Shown here: positions 45,401-58,595 of the stretch, piece after piece
Layout of the letters: every line of letters starts with the position of its first letter
Numbering within the stretch: the stretch's first letter is position 1
DNA from: Craspedostauros australis
Lineage: Eukaryota
Reading direction: 5' to 3'
DNA: 64,000 nt
Assembly (NCBI GenBank): GCA_030167865.1
Contig: JALAGF010000480.1
Coordinates: 1 to 64,000 of the forward strand
Position numbers and translations under genes: made by a program
Notes under the pieces: model-generated
Database searches by the model: none
What the model was told of the DNA's origin: nothing
What the model saw: only the letters and a program-made list of their open reading frames with translations

Positions 45401-48400
45401 GACGTCATCAAGTACCCCATGGACTTGCAAACGTTGGCGGCACGCGTGCACCGGGAGGAGTACGGAAACTACGCTTGGGTCAGGGATATGTTCGAGCTCA
45501 TGGTCTTGAACGCGCTCACGTTCAATCATCACAATTCCAAATTCTGGATGGAGGCGAAACGGTTTCACGAAGTGGGACTGTCCAAGGTGTTTTCCGTCAT
45601 CGGCAAGGCTGCTCCAGTCGGCAAATACGACGAGGCCATCCAGAGCAAGTACCGGGAAGCGGAAGAGGCGAAGAAGAAGGAAGCGGATCGGGTGCAGCAG
45701 GACGAATCCACGCAGAAGAAGGATCCGGTGGGTGGCACCAAGGTGGTGACCGTGACGTTGCCCAAGCTCCGCGACGCACCGCCAGATCAAGGCTCCTGCA
45801 TGGCCTTCCGCGAGATTCTGCTCAAACCCATCGATGCGTACTACACCAGCTGGCTCGATTGCTGCTTCACATGCGGCAGCTGCGGTGCGTCAGACACCAT
45901 GCTGCATTGCGTGGACTGCGGCGAGGCCTTCCATTCCTTCTGCGTCAACGCACCCATCCATAGCATGGACCCCGCCTCCGTCGCTGGCTGGCGATGCCAA
46001 AATTGCAAGATCTGCGAGATCTCCGGCGACGATCCTCAGGACGAGCTCAAGATGCTCTTCTGCGAAATGTGCGATCGTGCATTCTCGTTGGACTTGTTGG
46101 ACCCGCCGCTGCAGTCAGCACCATCGGGCCTCTGGATCTGCGGACAATGCGTGGATTGCGAGAAGTGCGATAACACCAGCGAACCCAAAGGAGCATCGCT
46201 GCAGCACTGGTCGAGGGACCCGCGGATTTGCTTCCGTTGCGGTGGTTGCGACGGATTGTTGGATCCCTGCATGAAAGGCAGGAAATGCCCAGTCTGCAAC
46301 AAACTGTGGCGTGATGGGGACACAGACATTGCGCAATGCGAGGAATGCGGTATCAAGGTGCACGGTCGTTGCGAAGTGCGGGCCAACCTGTACCTCCTCA
46401 AGAAGAATTCCGGCAAGGCCAAGGACGAGAAGGTGAGCAAGATGATGGTGTGTTTATTTGGTTGTTTGCGTGTTGGAACTTGTTGGAACTTGTTGTCACA
46501 TCACAGTCTTGAATTTCATCTCACACAACTGCGCGGACCGTCGCATCCATTTCTTTCACTGTCGCGTGACATCACCACGATCAACAACAACAACCACAAC
46601 AACATAGTACTTCTGCCCTACATGCTCCAAGAAGCAAGGCAACCATACCGACTTCGGCAAGGTGACGCGTGATCACATGCACGATCTGTCATGGAAGGTC
46701 ATCATCAAAGGCATACTGAAGCCAAGTGTCGAATCGTCGCATCTGGAGTTGCAGGAGAAACTGATGGATCAAGTGGATTGGAAGACGAGGAATCTGTACC
46801 GTGACGAGTATCGCAAGGTCGTTTTGGAAGGCGTGCGGTTCCTGGACATGGCTCGGGACCAGTACGGCGACCCCAGGCTGCTGATGGATCGATTCTGGCG
46901 AGAGAACTTGGATCTCCCGACCTGGATGGGGCAGCGAGCGACTCGCTTCATCCACATCGCAAAGCGCCTCAAGCTCACGTCGCAGGGATTCTCGGCACGG
47001 CGAATCGAGAACTGTGTGCTGATTTCGAAGCTGGCCGCCAGCTGGCTGAAGGTGGCTTGTCGAACATTGGAAATCAACACGAAGAAGAACGTGAAGGGGT
47101 ACGAGAGAGCGAGGAAGCTGCTGGTGCCTCCGCACGCCTGCGGTGCTTTGATGCTCCCGTTCGACAACATTCGATGCGAGCGGAACAGAAACATCATCAA
47201 CAAGGACGAATGGGGGGAGCGGTTCGAACCAGAGCTGAGGCCGTACGTGGAAGCGAAGGTGCTCATGAAAGATAATGACAGCGACAAGGATGGCGCCGAT
47301 GCAAAGAATAAGCAACGCAGCGTTTCCGACTACAAGATCGCCGAGCCTCTGTGCGGGTGGAACGACATGATCAAAGACGACGCGATCCGCGCCAAGAACG
47401 AGTGGAAGGATCCCAGAGAATGCTGCTTGTGCCACATTTGCGGAGACGACGATGCTGGCATGCCATCAACTCCGCCAAGGCTCATTGACGGCGGGGCCGG
47501 CGAAGCGCCACTGAAGGTGCCCAAGCTGGGCAGACTTTTGCCAATGGGAGATGGATTCTGGGTGCATTCCTTGTGTGCCTTCTACAGCTCCGAAACGTGG
47601 CTCGCACCACCTGGCGGTCACATGAAGGAGATGGAGAAGGCGAGATCCCGCGGCGCCCAACTCAAATGCTTCGGCTGCGGTCGTTCCGGTGCCACGGTGG
47701 GTTGCAGCAAGACCAACTGCTCGTACAACTACCACTTCCCGTGCGCAGTTGCGACCGGATGCGTGTTCACGAAAGATGACAAGGTGTTTTGCGCCCAGCA
47801 CAAGAACATCACCGACGAACTGAACCTACATCCAAGCGAGGAGCACATGAAGGCGTTGATCATTGCGCCTGAAAAATCCGAACCATCGGAGGCGGTGGGA
47901 GGCAACCTCTGCATTCGTGTCGGTGCTCTCGTGGTACATGCACTGGGAGAGATAGTGAGGCACAGCGACTGTTTCCATTCGGAGGACTACATCACACCGA
48001 AGGGATACATCGCGTCGCGAATTTACTGGTCGAGCGCCTTACCCAAACACCGCACGGTGTACATTCTCAAGATCGAACAAGGCGAGAACCAGCATCCAGT
48101 CTTTTCTGCCACGCCTGGTGATCGACCAGGTCATCCGATCACCGGCACAACGGCAGACGAGGTGTACCGAAAGCTGGTACAGCAGGTGGAAACCGTGAAC
48201 AAGGAGCATTTCTCGCATGGCGACATGTTCTCCAAGCTGCCAGCCAAGCGCATTTCTCGAAAGCGCATCTTTGGTCTGAACGGTCCGCAGGTACGTCGAT
48301 GCCAATGCAGCGTGGTTGTGTGGTTGGACAAGCGTTCGTTGCTGTTTTCGTGCACTTGTTGATCATCTTGTTTGATGCAGACCATGGCGGGTCCCTTTCT

Positions 48401-49398
48401 CTCACAAATTCGCACAACGTCACACACCGACACACAAAATGCACAAATCTTCCGCAACATTTGCATTCGCGCGCATGATACCATACTCACGCTCTTGCTT
48501 CAATTCATGAACCTGTCTCCCCTTCGCAACTCGAACAACACGCAACCCACGATACGCAATGCAGTTCTTTGGATTTGGTCTGAACATTGTCCGCCGTGCG
48601 CTGGAGATATGCCCTGGTTCGGAAGCCCTCGTGACGCCAATGACCGACGCATCGTCGAAGTACAAGTTCTGCTACAGCCAGCCCACCATCGAAGCCATCA
48701 CGACGTTGCAACGTGAGCGCGCTGCCATCGCCGCTGAAAAGGAGCTTGAGAACGTGAGCGGTTGCGCCCGGACAGAGGGCATGAAGGCCGTCACTCGCAG
48801 CGGTGGCAGCGGTCGCATCACCAGGGCGCTGGTGCGCAATGCGGACAACGATCAGCTGAACGGCATCGAAGGACAGAGCCGTCGGCAGGAGGAGGAGACG
48901 TCGCGGTTGGATCGCAGCATCAACCAGCGCAAGTACCGTGAGATGAAGGCCGTGCCGATCGAGCAGCGCCTGGCCGCCAAGCGGTCTCACATCCATGGCT
49001 GGGGGTTGTTCGCGAAGCTGGATCTACCGAAGGACTCTATGGTGATCGAGTACATGGGGGAGGTGGTGAGACGTTGCGTCGCGGACAAGCGCGAGAAGGC
49101 GTACGAGATCTCGGGAGAGGGCAGCTGCTACATGTTCCGTCTGGACTTGCAGCGCATCGTCGACGCGACCACGATCGGGTGTATGGCCCGTTTCATGAAT
49201 CACAGCTGCCAACCCAATGCGTACGCCAAGGTGATCACCGTGGAGACGGAGCTGGGGCAGGAGAAGAAGATCATGGTGTTTTCGAAGCGCGACATCGCCG
49301 CGGGTGACGAGATCACGTACGATTACAAGTTCCCAGTCGAGGACGGGTCCCTGCGATGCACGTGCGGTGCGCCCAACTGCATCGGGAGGATGAACTGA
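42496..49398 (+). CDS. Trithorax/MLL/ATX-like histone H3K4 methyltransferase (MBD-like, PWWP, PHDs, bromodomain, ePHD, FYRN/FYRC, SET, post-SET)
   Basis: Exons 42496-42594, 42791-46432, 46608-48290 and 48565-49398 total 6258 nt (2085 aa). PWWP VWAHVKGYAWWPA; several C4HC3 PHD fingers; bromodomain FAEPV..YLDVIKYPMDL..NALTFN; SET SHIHGWGLFA, ARFMNHSCQPN, EITYDYKF; post-SET CTCGAPNC. Confidence 0.93.
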
Positions 49399-49686
49399 GT
49401 GTCCTTCTTCGCAGAGTTCGAGTTTTGTGAGGGTTGCGGCTGCAGCCGCAGTTGGAAGTGGGCTGCATGGCATGATAGAAGTGTTACCCACAGCAGTGTG
49501 CGAGTAGGAGTGCGAGTAGGAGTAACGTGCTCTGTGGAAACATAGCTCAATGTGTTCTTGATGAAGTGTCGTACATGCAGAGCACCGTGAACATTGACAC
49601 GATACTCTAAACTACATACATGGCCATGCTCTCTACCCTAGTAGTATAGAATGGTAGTACAGTAGAATGAATGGTGAAAGGATGGG

Positions 49687-50364
49687 TCATATTCTAAAGT
49701 TCTTCATGATGCGGTTCATGTCCCTCTTGGCTTCCTTGGCCTTGATGTCCGCCCGCTTATCCCGCACGTTCTTTCCACGAACCAGCGCGATCTCGAGCTT
49801 GATGAAGTTGTCGTCGTTGAAGTAGGCCTTGAGCGGCACGACGGTCAACCCCGTGGCGTCCGTCTTCTGCAGCAGCTTGCGCGCCTCCGACCGATGCAAC
49901 AACAAGGGCCGCTCGCGGCGTTCCTCATGCTGAAAGTACTCGCCCGACATGGCGTGCCTGCCGATGTGGACGTTCATGAGGGTGCAGGAGCGGCCGTTCT
50001 TGTTGGGCTTGATCCAGCCATCGACGATCGTCATCTTGCCATCGCGGATGGCCTTGACCTCCGTGCCCTTCAGCGAGATGCCGGCCTCGAAGGTCTCCAG
50101 GATCTCGTAGTTGCGACGCGCGGCGCGGTTCAAGCAGATGGTGTTGGTCTTTGGTTTCTTCTTCTTCTTGCCGGATTTGGCAAACAGGCGGGTGGAGTGG
50201 TGCTGATGCAGTCGCTGTGGGAGGAGCGGTGCGGGGGAAAGCTGGGTTGCCCCTGTTGCCGGGGATTGGATGAGGAACGACGATGCCGTGTGCATCTGTT
50301 GCTGACACAGCAAGATCAGCAGGATCGCCCGCATGCCTGCGTTCAGCCGTCCTCCACACATCAT
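49687..50364 (-). CDS. smpB: SsrA(tmRNA)-binding protein SmpB, nucleus-encoded and plastid-targeted
   Basis: Motifs NRAARRNYEILETFEAGISLKGTEVKAIR, RPLLLHRSE, GLTVVPLKAYF and RGK...DKR. The N-terminus has a signal peptide, ASS-F and a transit peptide. Confidence 0.95.
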   Translation of the reverse strand: MMCGGRLNAGMRAILLILLCQQQMHTASSFLIQSPATGATQLSPAPLLPQRLHQHHSTRLFAKSGKKKKKPKTNTICLNRAARRNYEILETFEAGISLKGTEVKAIRDGKMTIVDGWIKPNKNGRSCTLMNVHIGRHAMSGEYFQHEERRERPLLLHRSEARKLLQKTDATGLTVVPLKAYFNDDNFIKLEIALVRGKNVRDKRADIKAKEAKRDMNRIMKNFRI

Positions 50365-50767
50365 GGTTGTACGTGTGTGCGTTGTTTTGAATGGGTGGCT
50401 GGATTAGTATGGCCCGAGAGATCAGCCAGGCAAGGTACTACTATTATACGAGCCACAGGATGGCGCCAAGGTGGGAACTGCTCTGCGCCGTTCGCTCTTT
50501 TTCGCCATGGTGGACATTTGGCTTCTCACGCCATCGTTTGTGGCGAAGTTCGAAGAGTGAAGAATGATCCGTGATTAGATCCAGTCCTCAATCACGAGCT
50601 GTCCACGATCTTGCGATGATTGTCGTCCACCCAAAAATCCACGACAGAACAACATCATCCGATCAACCCATCAATTGTTGTCACCAGAAGAACACAGAAA
50701 ACGCCAAACAACTGAATTGCCTTCATCCGAATCTCCCGCGAGGGTTGGATGGAATACGAGCTGCCGC

Positions 50768-53461
50768 ATGCTCAGCAATAGCAACGACAACAAGAAGGCA
50801 CGAACGATGGAACGCATCTACATCGGCGGCTTCGACCCGCAACGCCTGGCGGGACAGGACATCGTGCGCCGCGTGCAGCGGCAGTTCGAGAGCACCATTG
50901 ACTTTGACAGCGTGACGGCGAAGGAGGATCGGCCCTTCGTGCATCTGCATGCGACGTCGAAGGATCCCGAGACGTCTGCGATCGAGATCATCTCCAAGGC
51001 CTACAACAAGGTCACGTGGAAGGGCTGCAGGCTGTCGGTGCAACCGGCGCGACCGCATTTTCTGGAGCGGTTGGAGCAGGAGCGGCAGCAGCGAGAGGAG
51101 TTCCGGTTGTTGGCGTTGGCGTTGCAAGAAGATGGGCATGACGATCATGACGATCATGACGTAGATCAAGATGGTGGCAACGATGATGGCAACGGTGTTG
51201 TTGATCAAGCTGCCGCGAAAGATGGTGACAAGGATGGTGATTCAAATGACAATGATGCGATTGAGAATGAGCAGGATGGAGAGATGGCGGCGGGTGCAAA
51301 CGACGAAAGTCCATCGGAGCAGCAGACTCCGCCACACGATGACATCACCAATATCCCACGCCGATTGCGCATCCGACGCCGTTTCGCTGACGAAGCCTTT
51401 CATATTGACACCCGACCGTGCGAGGTTGCCGACTGGTCCAACCTGCGACGTGCGTTGGATCGTATGGAAAAGCGTCGCGCCAAGCACGCGGAGCAGTTGC
51501 GATACGAATCCAAGCTGCAGTACCAACGGCGTCATCAGTCTGCAACATCATTGCCGCAGTCGTCATTGAGTCAGAAGAAGCTGGCCTCCATGTCCGCATT
51601 TCTCAATAGGGCCGTGCACATGCGGTTTGTGGACGGTGCGGCACCGCCGGCGACTGCGGTAAGCGACGAAGACAACGAGACGACGGTGATCATCCTTCCA
51701 CCGAAGGGCCGATCATCCGCCGGCGATAGCAGCAGCGAGGATGAAGATGAAGCGAGGCAAGCAGCTTCGCGCGATGGCAAATCCAACAAAGAATCAGAAT
51801 ACGTTTGGTCTGACTCTGATCATGATTCCGACAACGACGACGACAACGACGACAGCGACAGCGACGTATCATCAGAATCAGATGCATCTGATGATAATGG
51901 CGATGGCGGGGATGATAGCGTCGTCAAGAAGCAGAATGCTGTACCAGCTGAAACGAAAGAAGAGGAAAACGGCGAGAAGATGGTTGATGATGACATCGCA
52001 GAGACCGGCTCCAAAGCGGAAGCGGAAACCAAAGGAAAGGACAGGCCAAAGGACAAAGCAAAGAAGCCAGTCCCTGCTGACCAATACCAATGGAGCGACG
52101 ACAGTGATTCGGACGATGAGTCCTTGGAAGATGACAACGCCTTCTCCGTCTCTGCGTTCCAAAACAATCGTGGCCCCACCTCGTTGCAACAGTGCACCAG
52201 CAAAGCGGGCGAATTCGACTCTGCCATGGACTTTGGCAATGACGATGCGAATGCCCAAATGGAGTTGGAGTACAAGTATAGCGACCACCATCCGACCGAC
52301 ATGATGCAAGCCAACGAACGGTTGTATTCCACCAACGTCAAGAACGACGTCACCATGAATCTCAGCATCCTCTCCAACATCTTTCCAGAAATGTCCAACA
52401 TCGTACCGACTCAGCCCAGGGACGACGTCGACGCCGATGATGACAACGATGGCGGTGCATCGAACGGTGATGCGTCAGGTGCAGCAAGCGCCAGGGGACA
52501 GCGAGACAGCGGTTGGAGCAAATCAGGACTCATGCTGCGGTATGATCCGACGAAAGCAACATCGGAGAAGTATGTAGTCCATGAAGAGAAAGAGGACGAC
52601 TGTGATGACGGTGACGAGAAGCCATCGAACGACGACATGGATGCTGATAATGAAAATGCCGAGAAAGAATCCGGAAATTCGGATGGCGACGGCGACGGCG
52701 ACGAAGATGAGCAAGCCAACGATAAGGATGAGTCCAAAGCCGTCGGCGATGATGCTAAGAAAGAAACACAGCACCTGTATCAACAGGGTAAACTCGAAAG
52801 CGTCTTCCGACATGCACGCGAAGCGTGGGGTGGTGGCTACGACAACGCTCCGGCTGGAACTGGCAACCAGGATTCCAACGCTGATTCGACAGAACAGGAT
52901 TCGGCGGCGAGAACGGCTGCGGATGACGACGCAAATCCAGGCCCGTTCTCGTTTGGCTTTGATCTGGGTGATGCACCATCCACTCAAGCAGCTGCAACTG
53001 GCGCAGGATCAGCGTTCAGCTTCTCGTTCTTTCCATCGACGGAAAATGACGACAAAATCAATGGCAGCACCATGGGTGAAGAAGCACACAACAAGAGCGA
53101 TGCGGATGCCGGTGGCAACGATGTTCAACCGAGTGCTGCCGTGGCAAGTCCGGCGGTCGCTGGAGATTCGCAGACAGTACATACTGGTAATAACACTGCT
53201 GATACCGCAAGCAAATCGATGTGGGCCGGATCACACCGGCGCCGCGGATTGGATATCCCGCAGAGCACGTTGGACAAGTACACCGAACAGTTCTATGCCA
53301 TGAATGAAGGACAGAGGATCGCCAATGACTACGACGGGTGGTCGCATGACGGCGGAGTGCTGCAGCAGTGGAAGGATGAGCGAGAACAGCTGACGATGGA
53401 CTGGAAACGTAAGCGCAAGTTCGCCATCTCGCGGATGGAGAAACGGAAACGATTCCGATGA
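50768..53461 (+). CDS. Acidic nucleolar protein with an N-terminal RRM (NOL8-like)
   Basis: RIYIGG...FVHL...YNKVTWKGCRLSVQPARPHFLERLEQER resembles the NOL8 RRM. Long Asp/Glu-rich body, LRYDPT, and a C-terminal W..ERE.LT.DWKRKRK.A motif. Confidence 0.7.
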   Translation: MLSNSNDNKKARTMERIYIGGFDPQRLAGQDIVRRVQRQFESTIDFDSVTAKEDRPFVHLHATSKDPETSAIEIISKAYNKVTWKGCRLSVQPARPHFLERLEQERQQREEFRLLALALQEDGHDDHDDHDVDQDGGNDDGNGVVDQAAAKDGDKDGDSNDNDAIENEQDGEMAAGANDESPSEQQTPPHDDITNIPRRLRIRRRFADEAFHIDTRPCEVADWSNLRRALDRMEKRRAKHAEQLRYESKLQYQRRHQSATSLPQSSLSQKKLASMSAFLNRAVHMRFVDGAAPPATAVSDEDNETTVIILPPKGRSSAGDSSSEDEDEARQAASRDGKSNKESEYVWSDSDHDSDNDDDNDDSDSDVSSESDASDDNGDGGDDSVVKKQNAVPAETKEEENGEKMVDDDIAETGSKAEAETKGKDRPKDKAKKPVPADQYQWSDDSDSDDESLEDDNAFSVSAFQNNRGPTSLQQCTSKAGEFDSAMDFGNDDANAQMELEYKYSDHHPTDMMQANERLYSTNVKNDVTMNLSILSNIFPEMSNIVPTQPRDDVDADDDNDGGASNGDASGAASARGQRDSGWSKSGLMLRYDPTKATSEKYVVHEEKEDDCDDGDEKPSNDDMDADNENAEKESGNSDGDGDGDEDEQANDKDESKAVGDDAKKETQHLYQQGKLESVFRHAREAWGGGYDNAPAGTGNQDSNADSTEQDSAARTAADDDANPGPFSFGFDLGDAPSTQAAATGAGSAFSFSFFPSTENDDKINGSTMGEEAHNKSDADAGGNDVQPSAAVASPAVAGDSQTVHTGNNTADTASKSMWAGSHRRRGLDIPQSTLDKYTEQFYAMNEGQRIANDYDGWSHDGGVLQQWKDEREQLTMDWKRKRKFAISRMEKRKRFR

Positions 53462-56400
53462 TCAGGATCCCATTGGAGAGGCACGAGAGGACAAATCAGG
53501 CAACGTCCGGGGCTTCATTGAGATTCCATTTCGTCACTTTGATTCATGCGTTTCTCCTTTCGTCCTCGTGCTCTTGCGCTTTCCTTTGGCTCGTGTACTT
53601 GAGGTCTGTGATGGTTGGACTGCCATGCGATGCTATAATAGTTTGGATGAAGATAACTCGCGGTGCATGATGCAACGTGAATGGGCAACGCGCCAACGTT
53701 CCAATGGACCAAGCCAACAGCCAATGCAGTTTCTCCGCGACGCCGACCTTGGGCCAGCATAGTATTGTAGAGAGCAGGAAGCTGGATGGCATCACTGCTA
53801 TTCTCGATCGGGGTGCCTGTCAACGCAGAGTACCTCGTCTCTCTCAATTCCTCATGAGCACTCATGCTGGTGGATACGACTGTGTCGCTGGCGGAAGTAC
53901 ATCTTGCTTTGCCCACGTACCATGTGAGTCCGACAGAAACAACAATGAGCTCCGAAATTGATGAGACGTGGAGTTGCGGTAGACACAACATTAGTTGTAA
54001 TAACAAGAAATCAAAATTCGACTGATTGTTATGAATCTAAACAAGTACCTTGAAAGAAGAAATGAGATCTTTTCTCTCCTTTTCCAATCCCGAAAACGTG
54101 TCAAATGTGTTGCTTGGTCGTGATTCAAAGGTCACACAAATGGAAAAAAGACTACCAACAACGGACACGCTTCCATGAGCAACTTTGATCGGCGGCGATG
54201 CAATCGATGACAGCATCGTTGGCAATGGAAGAGGAAGATCTGTGTGTTGGTTGATGCTCTCTTCCTGATGCTTGCACGCCCCATGTGAAGCGACGCCGAA
54301 CCGGATCGCCGTCGGAGATGCGTCACCGGAATTCTCGCAGGCTTGGCTGTGGAGGGGTGCAAGTCCCGTCGACACCACGATCACCGATTCCCTGTAGCAG
54401 GAACAACCGACAGAAGCCCAGGCTGGATGAAGCACGTCACCATCGAAAGTAGCAGCGGCAGCAGCAATATCAAGATCAATGACCGTGCACAGAATCAACG
54501 CGATCGCACGGCAGAGATCGACGATTCGATGTCATTGCGTCGCGTGGATTGCCCGTCGCTGAACAACAACAATCCCCACGGAAAGTGCTGGCGGCTGGCT
54601 CTCATGTAACGTCCGACCTCCTGAATGCCCCATCCTTCAGATGCGGCAACCGCAGAGCTTGGGTTCATCCTTTGACTTGATGCCTTCCTGCAGAGGGAAT
54701 TTCATTCCCTTCGGCATGCGAGTATGCGCCCCAAATCGATCCGATCTGAATGCCGTATCTCACGGATGGACGGGCAGATGAACCAGGTTGATGCTTTCTT
54801 CCATTGAAACTGGAGGGAGTCCTGACCGCGGAGCGTCACAGGCATTGAACGCACAAACGCAAGTTGGCCATGCCGACGATGGAGAAACGGGAGGATGCCG
54901 ACGATGAGAGTGTTGTCCGAGATGCAGATAGTGCACCTGGCATCATACGTGTGCGGCTCGGAGAGGGTTTGTTTCGCTGGGATTCCAATTCATCCCTTCG
55001 ATTCATTTCGTTTTGGTTTGACTCGTGCTGTCGCTGCAGTTTGGGATCTGTTTCCGTCCTTGTTGTTCCTCTTGTGTGATGTCATATGATGTGACATGAT
55101 GTGTTGCGCTACGGTTGTGGGAGTGGCTGTGGGAGTAGAGCAGATGTTCCACAATCGTCACCACCGCCGTGGTCGTTGTCGTTGTTGTCGTCGTCATTGT
55201 TGTTCCTGGATCCTGGGCGGGGTTGCAGAAGTTGTGGGAGGCAGGGAGCACGAGTTAGTTGATTGAACAAAGGGGCTGATTCGTGATCATGAAACGTGTG
55301 GCTCCGCGAGGTTCTTTTTGGATTTGTTGGCAAACCGATGCGAAGGCGAAATCACTTGCACGTCTGCCAATCTGGCATGCAACAACACCATGCGTGACCG
55401 ATCTCCATCGAGACCTCGTGGAAACATCATGCCAATACACGGTCATCGTTGTGGTGACTGTCATGCGGACGATCTTGGGTCTCGTGTGCGTGTGGCACGT
55501 TCTTACTATCGGGAGTGTAGTGCGTCCTCTCCGTGAGGTCGTTGTGTCTCTCGTGGGTGCTGTGAGCCACGTCTGCATCCGCAGGCGCGCATCACAAGAT
55601 GACCAACTTGGTGATGTTGGTGAGTGGAAAGCAGCTTTCACCAGTATGGAACAAGATGCATCCGGTGTTCAAATGGCATACAGAAAGCCGAAGAAGCAGG
55701 GCATAGGAGCATCATGCGCGTGAAGTTGAATGGTACTGTCTCGGCATTGAGCCGCAATCAATTAATCGATGCAGAGAGTGCGAAGGCCAATTCAATCTCG
55801 ATCTGAGTTTGTAGTCGTAAGAATTTCAACAACTATCACATCAAGGTTGGTACAGGGAGGTGATGTGGTCGTATTGGGGGTGACGGTGTATGATCAAGAT
55901 TTATGCGTGGCCATCAGCAACGCCGCAAGTGATTGGATGAGCAGACAGCGATGACGATGAGTGACGCCTGGAGGAGGCAGGATCTTGAGCAACGATACTT
56001 TGCAGGTTGATGCTGTTGTAACCAACATCGACAAGAAAGCCAGCGATGGCCATCAGATGTCGTGGGGACTGCCTGAGAGAGTTCGCAAATTGAATTGAAG
56101 TTGGTGAGCGTCGAATGAAGCCTGGAGTACTCTTGCAATGCGATGCGCTGCCTCCCGGTGCTGTACCTGGACGATCCAAGAAGAGGTTGGGCCACAGCCC
56201 CAACTTGAAAGATCTTCGAGACGGCAAGGCAAGGCGATCGAATTGGAATTGGTTGGCCGACAGCAGAGCAATGGAGGCCCGAAGCTAAAACAGACGCCAG
56301 GATCGAATCCAGAAACAGAAGGCCATAGGTGCATGCAGATTGACACGTGTGGCATTCCCAGCGAAGCGGTGAGCGCTATTCTGGTCGGTGCCGTCACCTC

Positions 56401-58595
56401 AAGAGCATAGTGCTTCGTACAGTACCCAGAAGCGCATCCATGGGATGTTGTTCTGAGCAGAGACCGAGGAACCAAGACGTCGGAGATGCGCACGAAGCAC
56501 CCACAAGTCGCCGAGTTCACAGGCTTCGAATGTCATGTTTTGTCGCTCTTCATCACCTCACCGTTGAAGGTTCGCCGTTGGAGGCAAGCTTGGGTGCGCA
56601 ACTGAATCTCTGTGGAATGTGGAGGCAAACGACTAGGATGCGAAGTGCGTTGTGGAGGAGGCTGTACAACAGGTGTGGAGGGAGTGCACGTTAAAATGTG
56701 GGTGATTGGTGACAAGCACAAGGATGCAGATACGATAGTTCGTTGGCATGTCAACTGATGTCAAGGGAAGTCGGCTCCCCGATACATGGAATCCCCTAAC
56801 CGGCGGCGTAACCGACCAACGAACAAGAAGTTCCATCGGATGCGCCTCCCAACGCCTCAACACACAGAGCAACCCGAATCCGCCTCCTCTTTGATGGCCT
56901 CTCCCGTCCGCCAGGCCCACCTCCCGAACCCAACCCGACGTCGCCTTGTCACCTTTGTTTCTGTTGGGAGATTCGTCGACTGCGCCCACCTACCACCACG
57001 CCACTTGCTCCGTCACATTCCGCCTCTTCCGTTGGGCTCAACGAACTCTCGGTTTTTGCGCCAAAAAGTGGCTGACTATTTTGTGGCTGGTTGACAAAAG
57101 GAAACCGCATTGACGTCCAGGCTCTCTTGAATGGCACAAAAGTGCGGCCGTATTCAGCGATGGCACTGGTTTACTTAACGCTACGACACGCATTGGCTTG
57201 AAGACCGAATGCCAGCGAACATGAGTACTGGTGCTGGAGAGCTGCGGAGTCTTTGCACCGTGTGCTTTTCGCGTGAAAACTACGAAGAAGCCATTGGTCA
57301 GGATGGGGTGAATGACAAGTGTATGTGACATAAGCAATAGTACAACCGCGTAATATTTCAGTGACACTGATCATTCATAATCTTCTGCGGTATACGAATA
57401 GTATTTATTGCCCTCGTGGACAAATGCCACATGTTCGTGATGTTGACCAACACAATTTCTCCCATTAGTTCGTGAAATGTCCATCCTTGAGAACACGAGA
57501 ACAATTTCCAACGCTTCGTGATAGTCTGGCCGTCGTCGACGCTGACTCGTGGTTGCCGCCTTCTCCGTTGAGCATTTCTGCGATGATGCTGTTTGTCCAT
57601 CGCGAAAAAGTGTGGGCGTCTTTGCTGTTCCTCTGACGGACAGCGTGAATGAATGGGAGTTTCGCTTCGCTGTGATGTCGTGATGTGCGTGTTGGAGATT
57701 CGTTTCTCGCACACAGAGGTCTTGTGTCGCAGTCTCCGTCACCGTTGGTGTTTGCGCGCTGAGCATTTCTGGCGATAGCGAAGTTTGCTGTGCTCTTCCA
57801 CGAGATGTCACACAGCGACGTGAAGTGAAGCGAGACGAAGCAGGTGGAAACAAGGGGAGAAAAGGACGAATGGAAAAACAACGCGATCATCTGTGCGTCA
57901 AAAGTCACACAGCAATAATACGTGATAACAGCCCAGAAAACAGAGTAAGTGTGTGGTGCGATCTCCTGCTACAAACGTGTGCTCGTATTTGTGCGCGACA
58001 GTGTGCGACGACACAGTGTCTGACCCGCCTCTGTGGTAACAGCAGTACAGGCGCCCCTCTCTGACCACGTTGCAACCAAAGCGGCTCTTCTTTCTTTGGT
58101 GTGCGTTGCGGTTGGCTCACGGTGTCACAGGAAAGCAGCAGCACAAACAACCGCGAAAAGCGACCCCCAAGGGGCACAGCAGAAACACTCATCACAGCGA
58201 GGATCAACGAAAGAACACCTGTGATCTTGTTCCAGGCAACGCCTCCGCCTCTCCTTTCTTCACAACGCATCACCGCACTCTCCTTGACTCTCCACATTTC
58301 ATCAGTCCTGGCAGCAACAGCGGCATCGTCTCTTTGGCCCCTTTGATCCCTATCACACATCAAACACGTTCACACAAACGTGCAGACAGATCTTGCTCCA
58401 CTCATCTCATCTCATCCCGTTTTGGCCAGACAATCACAGAGCGCCAATCCTGACACAAACCACCCACCACATCCTCATAAAAACAAACAACGAACAACAA
58501 TCAAACATTCTACACCAACAACGAACAGCAACGAACAGCAACAACAACCAACAACGAACACCAACAACCACACACAGCAACAACCAATAACAACA

